Shown piece after piece: positions 1-8,422 of a stretch of 64,000 bases of DNA. Numbering within the stretch: position 1 is the first letter of the stretch; each line of letters starts with the position of its first letter. Both the position numbers and the translations under genes were made by a program. This DNA comes from Candidatus Woesearchaeota archaeon (GTDB lineage: Archaea > Nanobdellota > Nanobdellia > SCGC-AAA011-G17 > ARS1403), in the NCBI GenBank assembly GCA_018302705.1, contig JAGVZI010000020.1:1081-65080 (forward strand), written 5' to 3'. Under the pieces are notes generated by a model that worked only from the letters and a program-made list of their open reading frames with translations, made no database searches and had not been told where the DNA came from.

Positions 1-546
1 TATCTCCTTGCACTTAAACTCGGAGACCCCATTGAATTTAACGTCTTCAATTGTTATTCCTTCAGGATTCAAACTAAATTTAGAAAAATTATTCAGATGG
101 ATTTCTTTATACCCATTATTCTCTTTTATATATCCATTCTCAACTCTTATAATATCATTATCATGCAAATTCTCCATGGAATTTATATGTTGCACATCCC
201 ACAAGACAACTCTTATAGTTCCGGTCTCGTCCCCAATAACAAAGCTCCCCACTTTTCCAGCCCTCTTCTCATTTTTAAATTCCCTAACGCCGAAATTAAC
301 AATAAGTTTCCCGTTGACATTGGCGTTCCTCATCCCGTTTCTAGCATCTTTAATTTTTATCTCGCCTACGTCCTCAAAGACCTTAACGCCTGCTTCATTT
401 GCTATAATGTGCGCAGCCCCTTCCTTGCTTATTAATCCAGACAGCTGCTCCATCTTATTTTTTATTTTATCCTCAATCTCAAACAAAGTCAAGCCGCTCT
501 CTCTTAGCTTAGAAATAATGGTGTCATAATTCAAGGGTATAATCAT
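1..546 (-). CDS. Replication protein A / SSB-like OB-fold protein, partial (runs off window start)
   Basis: Minus-strand frame from ATG (544-546) reads MIIPLNYDTIISKLRESGLTLFEIEDKIKNKMEQLSGLISKEGAAHIIANEAGV...GKVGSFVIGDETGTIRVVLWD. The GDETG..LWD stretch is a typical archaeal RPA OB-fold. There is no stop before the window edge, so it is absent from the ORF track. Plus-strand ORFs 8..529 and 97..435 are low-complexity antisense artefacts. Confidence 0.55.
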   Translation of the reverse strand, partial: MIIPLNYDTIISKLRESGLTLFEIEDKIKNKMEQLSGLISKEGAAHIIANEAGVKVFEDVGEIKIKDARNGMRNANVNGKLIVNFGVREFKNEKRAGKVGSFVIGDETGTIRVVLWDVQHINSMENLHDNDIIRVENGYIKENNGYKEIHLNNFSKFSLNPEGITIEDVKFNGVSEFKCKEI

Positions 547-577
547 AAAAAAATAAAACTACAACCACTATAAAAAT

Positions 578-1333
578 TTATTGATTATACGGCAGAACAA
601 ATTTCACTGCAACGTCTCCCAAGCCTTTATACATCTCAGCAACATCAAACAGCACATATCCCCTTTCTTCTTTTTCCTCTACTTTGATATTCCACTTAAA
701 GTCCTTGTCATTCCTGCAGTCTTCAAACAAGTTATTTCTCGTCACTCCCTTATCCTCTTCATCCTTAACGCACCCATTTGCTTTCTTTAAAATTTCATTA
801 TAGCTGCTAAAGCTGTAATCCAAAAAATATTCATTGCTTGGCTCAAATCCATACCTAACTCCTTCATAATCAAATTCAATCACGCCATTAAGTTCTATAA
901 CAAGTCTATTATTCTCGTCAATTTTCCACTCGGCATCTATCCCATTAATCCCTCTAGCCTTCAAATATTCATCAAAAAGGGTTTTGAATCTGCTAAAAAA
1001 ATTCTCTTCTAAATTATAAGAAAATAAGCAATCATCTTTCCATATAACATATCCATTTATTTTTCCACACTCCTGCCCATTTAATATTCCCCCATCGTTT
1101 CCAAGTTTTTTTAATGCATTAAAAGAAGAATACTCAATTGCTATATCCAAAAATAATTCAATTTCCCCCTCGTCTAAAGTAGCATTGATGGCAATCTCGG
1201 GAAGTTCTCCGGTGTCAACAATCCTGCTCTCCTCCAGAATTTTTTCTTTGTTCATGCTGACAAATATAATGAACACAAACACAGCAACAACAGTGAAAGT
1301 TGCCAAGAAAAAACTTCCTTTCCTATTCATCCT
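578..1333 (-). CDS. Pilin-like protein with class III (prepilin) signal peptide
   Basis: Internal start gives MNRKG/SFFLATFTVVAVFVFIIFV: a charged N-terminus, then KG, then a hydrophobic helix. It is the last of a tandem series of MNKRG-type genes. Confidence 0.5.
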   Translation of the reverse strand, partial: RMNRKGSFFLATFTVVAVFVFIIFVSMNKEKILEESRIVDTGELPEIAINATLDEGEIELFLDIAIEYSSFNALKKLGNDGGILNGQECGKINGYVIWKDDCLFSYNLEENFFSRFKTLFDEYLKARGINGIDAEWKIDENNRLVIELNGVIEFDYEGVRYGFEPSNEYFLDYSFSSYNEILKKANGCVKDEEDKGVTRNNLFEDCRNDKDFKWNIKVEEKEERGYVLFDVAEMYKGLGDVAVKFVLPYNQ

Positions 1334-1826
1334 CCACCACCAATTCAACAGTAATAAGCCCACCGTTTATGGAAGGAATCATAATCCTCTCCCCTCTGCC
1401 AAGCTCAGATCTGAAAAGCTTCAGCCCGGTTTTTACCCCTCCCTCAGCTTCCTCTCCGGTATCAATCAAGTCCCATCCTTTGGTCGAAGTGATATACTCA
1501 GCCTCGCCGTCGGGATATCGGACCTCCAAGAGATAATTCCTGCCGTTAAAGCCGTAAAAGTTCAATATCTGTCTGCTGGCAGAGCGCAGATCCCTCAAAA
1601 GAAATTTATCCCTGTTTTCGCTTAAGGCAATCATGTCAGCAATTCTCTCCCCTCCAGCATCTGTCCTTAAGTAATTCAGCAAGAATAATCTTTCCTCGTC
1701 GGGAAATTTAACATCTCTATTAGAGTATTTATAGCTGAGAGGATCAAACCCGATGGCAACAACACCTATCATGAGAAATAGCAGAAAATATCCGACTATC
1801 AAATCAGTAATTTCATTGGATTTCAT
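1323..1826 (-). CDS. N-terminally membrane-anchored protein in the pilus locus (FlaF/FlaG-like?)
   Basis: MKSNEITDLIVGYFLLFLMIGVVAIGF: a single N-terminal TM helix followed by a soluble domain. Position within the pilin gene cluster. Confidence 0.35.
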   Translation of the reverse strand: MKSNEITDLIVGYFLLFLMIGVVAIGFDPLSYKYSNRDVKFPDEERLFLLNYLRTDAGGERIADMIALSENRDKFLLRDLRSASRQILNFYGFNGRNYLLEVRYPDGEAEYITSTKGWDLIDTGEEAEGGVKTGLKLFRSELGRGERIMIPSINGGLITVELVVEDE

Positions 1827-1829
1827 TTT

Positions 1830-2228
1830 TTATTTTTTACTATAGCCGACCTCCAGCCTAGCCTCCTTATCATCTACAACAACATATCTGCTAACAACCC
1901 TTTTCTGCTCTAAATTGTCAGTTTCAATCCTCACATCATTCCCCTCGCTCCTGGCCAATTTAACATTGAATGCATATTTGTCGCCCATGCATCTCCTTAA
2001 TATCTCTGCCCCATTTTCTCCATTAATCTTGGAAGCATCCATAACGCCAAAGTCGCCTTCCTTAGAAAAGCACCTCACTACCCTGTTAGCAACTACGCTA
2101 TCCTCGGCGTTGTCCAGCTTGACAAGAAATTTATCCTCGATAGAAATGAATTTGGCAGCAAAACCAATAGCTATCGCAAGTAAAAAAATATACCCTATTA
2201 TAAAGCCAATGTTCTGCATAATTGTCAT
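1830..2228 (-). CDS. N-terminally membrane-anchored protein in the pilus locus
   Basis: MTIMQNIGFIIGYIFLLAIAIGFAAKF. Same architecture as its neighbour; the start overlaps the stop of the upstream gene at 2228. Confidence 0.35.
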   Translation of the reverse strand: MTIMQNIGFIIGYIFLLAIAIGFAAKFISIEDKFLVKLDNAEDSVVANRVVRCFSKEGDFGVMDASKINGENGAEILRRCMGDKYAFNVKLARSEGNDVRIETDNLEQKRVVSRYVVVDDKEARLEVGYSKK

Positions 2229-2611
2229 TAAGAGATCACCACTCTGCTTCCCTCTTTTTTTATATTAATCAGCTCTGTTTTCCCGTTTAATTGCTCTCCG
2301 AAATTATAATTCCCGTCTAAGAATATCTCGCCCCTTCCTTTCATCCCTTCTTCTGACCTGCTCAATCTAATTATACTATCATCGATATCAACATAGTATT
2401 CATCACCAAGGTCATAAGCAAGATTCAAATCACCCTCAACAAGAAAAATGCTGCTAATTGTCAGAGACAGATCCTCCGCCTTTAAGGGATTTAATTTAGA
2501 ATCAGGAATCCCCCTGTAAGCCCAGCCAGAGAGTATTACTATAAGGATTACTAGCACTACGCCTTTGACAAATTCCCAGGAAACAAATTCCTCCTGTCCT
2601 CTTTTATTCAT
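2228..2611 (-). CDS. Pilin-like protein, class III signal peptide
   Basis: MNKRGQEEFVSWEFVKGVVLVILIVILSGWA: MNKRG motif followed by a hydrophobic helix. Confidence 0.6.
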   Translation of the reverse strand: MNKRGQEEFVSWEFVKGVVLVILIVILSGWAYRGIPDSKLNPLKAEDLSLTISSIFLVEGDLNLAYDLGDEYYVDIDDSIIRLSRSEEGMKGRGEIFLDGNYNFGEQLNGKTELINIKKEGSRVVIS

Positions 2612-2650
2612 ACTAAGGATAATTGTGATTTAATTTATAATTGTTTTTAT

Positions 2651-3448
2651 CTATGCTACAGGAATCAAGCTAACAGGTTCACATTGAACAGCACAGTCCG
2701 TTTTAATTAAAGACCCGCTGCTATAGCAATCATACTCAACAGGTTCACCCACATCCCTCGTTATAATCGGAAATTTTACAGTACAAAATCTAGAGCTAAG
2801 TGGATCAATTGCATCCCGGGCCTCATCGCACAATCTTCTGCATTCTTTTCTAGCATCTTCAACGCCGACATTAAAATAGCCCCCTGAACATTTTCCATCT
2901 CTAGTAAAAGCATTGAATATGCAATGTCTCGCTCCCTCGCATTTGCTTCCAATAGAGCCCCCTTCAAATTCTCTCTCGCAAGAATCATCGTTCACAATTA
3001 TCTCTTTCCCGTCAATCTCAAATTTATCAACGCATTTTCCCCTCCCCTCTTTTACTAAACATACTCCATTTTCGCAGTAGCCTCCAGAGCATTCGTCAGT
3101 AGAAGCCCCGCATTTAGTATTATCGCTGCACACTTTTAAAAAATTAAACTCGGTTAGCTTTTCACAGGGAAGATAAAATTCTTTTTCTCCTTTATCATAT
3201 CTGCATATCTGCAAAGGGTCGCTTTTTCTAGAACAGCAAAGAGTTTCCCCGGACTTATCATACTCGCCGCAGATCTTAACAATACTAGGGCTAAATTCAT
3301 TGCTCGAAATCAAATCAAATCCAGCAGGACAGCCTTTGTTCAAAAGGACCTTGCCCCCAATTAATAAAACAATGAAGATAAAGAAGAAGGTCAGTACAAG
3401 ACCAGTAACCTCATTGCTGCTTAAACTTATCTCGCCTCTTTTATTCAT
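2651..3448 (-). CDS. Cysteine-rich pilin-like/secreted protein (class III signal peptide)
   Basis: MNKRGEISLSSNEVTGLVLTFFFIFIVLLIGG, then a 230-aa domain with about 30 Cys (CxxC, CSGGYCENGVC, etc.). Confidence 0.6.
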   Translation of the reverse strand: MNKRGEISLSSNEVTGLVLTFFFIFIVLLIGGKVLLNKGCPAGFDLISSNEFSPSIVKICGEYDKSGETLCCSRKSDPLQICRYDKGEKEFYLPCEKLTEFNFLKVCSDNTKCGASTDECSGGYCENGVCLVKEGRGKCVDKFEIDGKEIIVNDDSCEREFEGGSIGSKCEGARHCIFNAFTRDGKCSGGYFNVGVEDARKECRRLCDEARDAIDPLSSRFCTVKFPIITRDVGEPVEYDCYSSGSLIKTDCAVQCEPVSLIPVA

Positions 3449-3481
3449 GCAATTATCTTGCTTTAAAAAATATATAAATCT

Positions 3482-3673
3482 TTACTTCTCAATCAGCTCA
3501 TTAATATTCTTCCCGGTTTCCTCGGCCCCGGCAGTAGTCGTTTTAATAATCCCCATTAAGCTCCTGAAAACCTCATTAATCTGTTTTCTGAAAACCCACA
3601 CAAGTGTAATCAAAACAATGACTGCAATTATCGCATATACTATCTCATTCCAAGTCAAGCCTTTTTTATTCAT
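3482..3673 (-). CDS. Small pilin-like protein (63 aa)
   Basis: MNKKGLTWNEIVYAIIAVIVLITLVWVF. Confidence 0.55.
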   Translation of the reverse strand: MNKKGLTWNEIVYAIIAVIVLITLVWVFRKQINEVFRSLMGIIKTTTAGAEETGKNINELIEK

Positions 3674-3691
3674 AGAAAAAGAAAAAATAAA

Positions 3692-4048
3692 TCAACAACT
3701 TACACCCAAGCAAGTAATAGATATGGGGGCTTGATTACAACCTGTTGACTCAGGATTGCTTCCAGCAGTTTTTACAATATCAAACTTCTGTGTGCAAAAA
3801 GTAGATCCTCTTTTAGCATCATCAGTATCCAATAATTTTGCTCTTTCACAATAAGCCTGGCAATTCGCCTTGGCCAAATCAACATCGTATCCTGCAGTGC
3901 TGCCGCTGAAAACATTCCTTATCTTCCCAAAGATAGTTGATAATCCTCCAGTAAAGAAAGTAACTATAAGCAGTAATACTATAATCGCAATAATAGCAAG
4001 AACAATCGTATTCATAGAAAGCTCGGTTGCTCCTCTTTTATTCATCAT
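3692..4048 (-). CDS. Pilin-like protein, class III signal peptide
   Basis: MMNKRGATELSMNTIVLAIIAIIVLLLIVTFF. The C-terminal domain has 5 Cys. Confidence 0.6.
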   Translation of the reverse strand: MMNKRGATELSMNTIVLAIIAIIVLLLIVTFFTGGLSTIFGKIRNVFSGSTAGYDVDLAKANCQAYCERAKLLDTDDAKRGSTFCTQKFDIVKTAGSNPESTGCNQAPISITCLGVSC

Positions 4049-4123
4049 ATCACCTTCAATATTAAACTTATATATAAATTATTTGGTTTTTATTTAAACC
4101 TTTCTATTCTAGTCTCAGCTCCC

Positions 4124-5185
4124 CTAAAAGTATTCTAAAGACGTAGTTTTAGAGGCAGGCAAGCACTCTCCTTTTACAAGCATTATAATCCTAATAGCGC
4201 TTCCATCAGATAAAGTAATCATTGCAGACCGGTACAACAAGTCAGGAGCCAGACCATAACCATATACAGTGGATAAACCTTCAATTGAGGCAATGACATT
4301 CCAGCACCCATTTATAGAAAATCGTCCCCTATATTCCTCGCCAAAATATTCTTCAACATGTTTTCCCATGCTATTTATCAAGAAAAGATGTTTCCTTTCA
4401 TTTTCTTTTTCTAACTGACCATCCTTATATAGCCCGCCCAAATCGAGCAGATATTTAATCATCTCGTGGATTTGATAATCCTCGCCAAGGTAACTGAAAT
4501 CATCATTCAGATAGGCAATAATGTCTCGAGCCTCCTCTGGATTAATACCCTTAACATCTTCAAATTCTATATTTGCTATACTTAGTCTTTCCCCCCGCTC
4601 AGTACCACAAAGTTTTTTTTGGGTCACATCAGAAAGTTCACCAGAAAATTCAGCAGCAGTAGCCCTATCTAGAAAATTAATTTTCCTGTCTTTAACATAA
4701 ACAACATCTCCTAATTCATATCTATCATTAACGTTTTCAAATTCCTCGTCAATAAAGAACCCATCAGCCCCCCCATCAAGGTTTAAAAAAGCTAGCCTGG
4801 AAGAAACAGAAAGCGGATACACCCTGGCTTTTCCTTTTTTCTCGGCAAAAATATCCCCGTCCCGGACTCTAACTCCAAAACCTTTTTCTTTTATCGCATT
4901 AAAATTAATTTCTTTAATGCAGTCATCATCGATAACAGCGAAATTATTTCTGAAAAATAAATTAAATTCATCTATTATCTTTTTTTCTTCTTCAGTTAAT
5001 GTGCTCTCTTCTCCAATGGTTTTGCTATAGGCTTTTTTTATCGCCTCAGTATCTGCTATTTTCACAAATCCTTCCTTGACTTCAGCAAAAGAGTCGCTAT
5101 AAACAAAAAAGATTACAATCATAGCTATAAAAATTAAGACCAAGGTGCTAATAGTCCCCCAATGTTCATCTCCTCTCTTGTTCAT
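4124..5185 (-). CDS. Large pilin-like protein (start at internal MNKRG)
   Basis: ORF 4124..5290 contains MNKRGDEHWGTISTLVLIFIAMIVIFFVYS at codon 36. The upstream 35 codons are unlikely to be coding. Confidence 0.5.
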   Translation of the reverse strand: MNKRGDEHWGTISTLVLIFIAMIVIFFVYSDSFAEVKEGFVKIADTEAIKKAYSKTIGEESTLTEEEKKIIDEFNLFFRNNFAVIDDDCIKEINFNAIKEKGFGVRVRDGDIFAEKKGKARVYPLSVSSRLAFLNLDGGADGFFIDEEFENVNDRYELGDVVYVKDRKINFLDRATAAEFSGELSDVTQKKLCGTERGERLSIANIEFEDVKGINPEEARDIIAYLNDDFSYLGEDYQIHEMIKYLLDLGGLYKDGQLEKENERKHLFLINSMGKHVEEYFGEEYRGRFSINGCWNVIASIEGLSTVYGYGLAPDLLYRSAMITLSDGSAIRIIMLVKGECLPASKTTSLEYF

Positions 5186-5333
5186 CTTTCCAAAAACTCC
5201 AGAATAATGTCCACCAGGTCCATAATCTTGTCTCTTAAAAAATAAATAAAAAACAAGATTACAACCAGAGCAATCAAAGCCAGTATCCACATGGCAGTCT
5301 CGCTCAAAGCAAATAATCCTCTTTTATTTTCTT

Positions 5334-6149
5334 TCATCCTATCTCACCGCTGCAAACATTCTCATTTTCATCGAATTCAGAGATCATAATGCCGTCGGGA
5401 TTTTCTGCAAAATAATCCATAAGCCAAGTACCAGTACCTAGAGCTGTACCTCCTAAAAGAGCAGCACTGCCGCATAAAAGAGCGCCGGGTCCAGTTATTA
5501 AGCACACACCAATGACAGCAACGCTTCCTTCAATAGTTCTAGCAATTACACTAGGCTCAGTATTTTCTACAAAGGTGACAGCATACAATTTTCTTTCTCT
5601 AAATAAGGGGTCAGATATACTTGAAATCGGAAAGTTAAAAATAATTCTGTTATTATTAAATCCCTTGAAATAATTCCAATAGGTAGTATCCGTGCTGCCA
5701 ATGTATTCCCTCTGCAGATAATCCTCTAAATCTCTTGCTATTATCTCGGGAACGTCTCCTAAAGGCTCAATCACGTAGCAGTTAAAGCATTGATTATCAC
5801 TCCACTTAATCAAGTTCTTTCCAGCGGGATCCCTTTTTCCCTCGCCCCACATCCAAAAGCACTGTCTCATATTCTCCGCAATCTTTTCCAAGAATTCATC
5901 CTCGTCGAGGTTTTCAAATTCCTTGTAATAAGTATTGCAAAAAACACCCCCGACTCCAAGCTTTTGAAATATTCCCAAAGTCTGGTCAGAAAAATAAACG
6001 CTGATCTGGCAGATCTTCCTCGTAAAGACATCCTCTCTTTCAACGAAGACAACATAAAGAACACCAGCCATCACAGTTAAAATTGCCAGGGATAAAACCA
6101 GTACAAGAACAGCATTCCTCCCAGTTTCCTGTCCGCTCTTATTGAACAC
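5334..6149 (-). CDS. Pilin-like protein, class III signal peptide
   Basis: MFNKSGQETGRNAVLVLVLSLAILTVMAGVLYVVFV. Confidence 0.55.
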   Translation of the reverse strand: MFNKSGQETGRNAVLVLVLSLAILTVMAGVLYVVFVEREDVFTRKICQISVYFSDQTLGIFQKLGVGGVFCNTYYKEFENLDEDEFLEKIAENMRQCFWMWGEGKRDPAGKNLIKWSDNQCFNCYVIEPLGDVPEIIARDLEDYLQREYIGSTDTTYWNYFKGFNNNRIIFNFPISSISDPLFRERKLYAVTFVENTEPSVIARTIEGSVAVIGVCLITGPGALLCGSAALLGGTALGTGTWLMDYFAENPDGIMISEFDENENVCSGEIG

Positions 6150-6240
6150 CTATAATCACCTTCCTCACGAGTAAAATAAACAGGATCGCTAAGAGTAAAA
6201 TCAATATTAACGCAATCACATTTCTAAATCCCATTTTTAT

Positions 6241-8367
6241 TCAAAGTGTGCCTCCAGTGGTCTTCAAAACATTCCTCGCCATAAGTGTCAATATCATCGT
6301 AGTTATTAAAGTAACTAAAATATAAAATATTATGCTCTTAAATAAGTTCTTCCCCAAGCTGCTCTCCTTATTCAACTCATCAACTCCATTTTCAATACCG
6401 TTGGCAAGCACAGTTAGAATATAAGTAATCTGCACTAAATACAAGCCAACAACGAGCTGAAAATAAAACGGCGGGATTACCTCTTCAATAGGAAATATTC
6501 CTTTAATGGTTTCAACACCTACCCCCAATCCAGTGCCGACATCAACTCCGCCAGCGCCTGCAGTTTTTCCGAATACAGTTCCAAGGCTGGCAATAATATT
6601 CGTTATCAGCCCTCCAATGCCGACGACAATCCCCGCAATTAAAGGCGTTATAAAATTAATCTGGCTTCTCATGTCGCTTAAGACGTCAGAAAGCAGATCC
6701 TTCAGCCTCTCATTAACTTTGTGTATCGCACTCATGTAGTTGCTTATGCTCATCAAAGCATGTGCAACAATCTTAGGTCCTCTTTTAGCGCTCTCAATTA
6801 GCACTTCCATGCTGCTGCTTATTACTTTAGAAGGAAAGCTCAATATCGCTCCTCTCTTAACATTAAAAATCGCTTCTCTTAGCCCCATTCCCAATCCTCT
6901 CAAATTATTATTAACCATACTGAAGAATTTCCCGCTCATAGTACCTTCCATGTTCTCAGCCACTTTTGAAAAAGCCGACTCAGCAGGCAGTCCATCTTCA
7001 ATCCTATTCCCCAGCTGAAATAAGCTTCCAGAAAACTCTCTCTCTAATTCCCTCGTCTCTTTCCTAATTTTCACAAGACTTCTGCTTTTCAGTTTATAAT
7101 AAACACTCAAGCTGATAGCAACGCTAAATGGTATTGCCAGGCTCAGGACCAATGCGCTAAATCCAAAAGGTCCGATATATCCCTTCTCGCCGTTTTTATA
7201 TCCGAAAATCCAGTCGCTATTCAATAAGATATTGTCAGGAGAAAGCCAGTGAATCCAAAGCGGGGAAAACCCAATAGCCAGCACAAATAAAAATAAAGGA
7301 ATGGCAAGCACAGCAGGGCTAATAAGCATAGTTCCAATTCTCAAATATTTATAATTCTCAAAAAGATCTTCTTGCAGGGAAAAGCTCTCTCCCTCTCCAG
7401 CAGGTCTTTTAACCAATAATCTATTCCCAATGAAATAAACAAGCACAGGCAAAATTAAGTTGTAAAAAAAAGCAATCCAATACCATTTAATTCCAAGAAA
7501 GGCCCCCATCAAAGGTAGCATTATCAAACCCAAAACAGGGAGGATTATCCCGAGCATGTACAAAGTTGTTATCGGAGATTTCAATTCTTGGGCGTAATGC
7601 AGCATCTTCTCGTAAGTGCCGTCGAGCATCGTCGTCAAAGCCCTTTCAAGAATCTCTAGCCTTCTAGCTTCTTTCGGCTCAAACAAGCTGCTCTCGATTA
7701 AATGGAAAGAATTCACAAAATCTATATTATAATTTTTCCAATTTTCAAGATAAGCATCCAAGGATTCCTGCACAGTATTATACATTCCAGTCTCAATGTT
7801 CCAAAAAACTTTTTTCAAATCGCTTGAGAGGGGGTCTTGAATGTGCTGGGCTGCGAATTTCACAGCATGCTCTAAATTAGAAGTGTGCCTCATATACATA
7901 ACAACGTATAATATGCACAGCACCATTTGGTTTTCAGCCTGTATTCTCCACCTCAGTGCTTTCTGATTTGGATGATCGCTAAGAAATTTCAAAGTTAAAA
8001 TTCCCAGGGCAATAAAAAACACGGGAAAAAATAGCAGAATGCTTTCCATCGCAAGCCCGATTACAAAAATAGCTATCCCAATTAGAATTAATCCAAAAGC
8101 AGAGAAGAAAGCAAGGCTCATCACCCCTTCGGGAGTTGTTTTTAAGCCGGTAGTCTGTATGCTCTCCCATAGTCTCTCGTTGTATTTCTCACTCGGCTTT
8201 ATAGTTAAAATATTTTTGCAGAAATTGCAACTCTTTTCATAAAGGCTCAGCTCTTTCCCAATCTGCTCTTCCTTAAATTTCTTGTACTCTCCTGAAAATC
8301 CCTCGCCGAATTTATTCTCTAGTTTTCTCTTATATTTCTCTAGGATATCCTCGACATCGTTTCTCAT
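6241..8367 (-). CDS. FlaJ/TadC-like polytopic membrane protein (type IV pilus/archaellum platform)
   Basis: 708 aa with many TM helices. It is adjacent to, and co-oriented with, the FlaI-like ATPase and the pilin genes. Confidence 0.55.
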   Translation of the reverse strand: MRNDVEDILEKYKRKLENKFGEGFSGEYKKFKEEQIGKELSLYEKSCNFCKNILTIKPSEKYNERLWESIQTTGLKTTPEGVMSLAFFSAFGLILIGIAIFVIGLAMESILLFFPVFFIALGILTLKFLSDHPNQKALRWRIQAENQMVLCILYVVMYMRHTSNLEHAVKFAAQHIQDPLSSDLKKVFWNIETGMYNTVQESLDAYLENWKNYNIDFVNSFHLIESSLFEPKEARRLEILERALTTMLDGTYEKMLHYAQELKSPITTLYMLGIILPVLGLIMLPLMGAFLGIKWYWIAFFYNLILPVLVYFIGNRLLVKRPAGEGESFSLQEDLFENYKYLRIGTMLISPAVLAIPLFLFVLAIGFSPLWIHWLSPDNILLNSDWIFGYKNGEKGYIGPFGFSALVLSLAIPFSVAISLSVYYKLKSRSLVKIRKETRELEREFSGSLFQLGNRIEDGLPAESAFSKVAENMEGTMSGKFFSMVNNNLRGLGMGLREAIFNVKRGAILSFPSKVISSSMEVLIESAKRGPKIVAHALMSISNYMSAIHKVNERLKDLLSDVLSDMRSQINFITPLIAGIVVGIGGLITNIIASLGTVFGKTAGAGGVDVGTGLGVGVETIKGIFPIEEVIPPFYFQLVVGLYLVQITYILTVLANGIENGVDELNKESSLGKNLFKSIIFYILVTLITTMILTLMARNVLKTTGGTL

Positions 8368-8422
8368 AAACCCTCTTTTTAAAAAACAAAAGAATGCAGA
8401 TATATAAAATATGCGAATTAAA

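Noticed and set aside
8-529. Plus-strand ORFs 8..529 and 97..435
   Set aside because: Low-complexity S/L/F/P-rich translations. The opposite strand encodes a convincing RPA-like OB-fold protein starting at 546, so these are antisense artefacts.
5186-5290. N-terminal 35 codons of ORF 4124..5290
   Set aside because: The conserved MNKRG prepilin-like start shared by six neighbouring genes occurs at codon 36, so the upstream extension is probably not translated.
6506-7018. Plus-strand ORFs inside the FlaJ-like gene (6506..6739, 6740..7018, 8039..8242)
   Set aside because: Antisense to a long, coherent membrane-protein ORF. Pro/Ser/Thr-rich junk translation.
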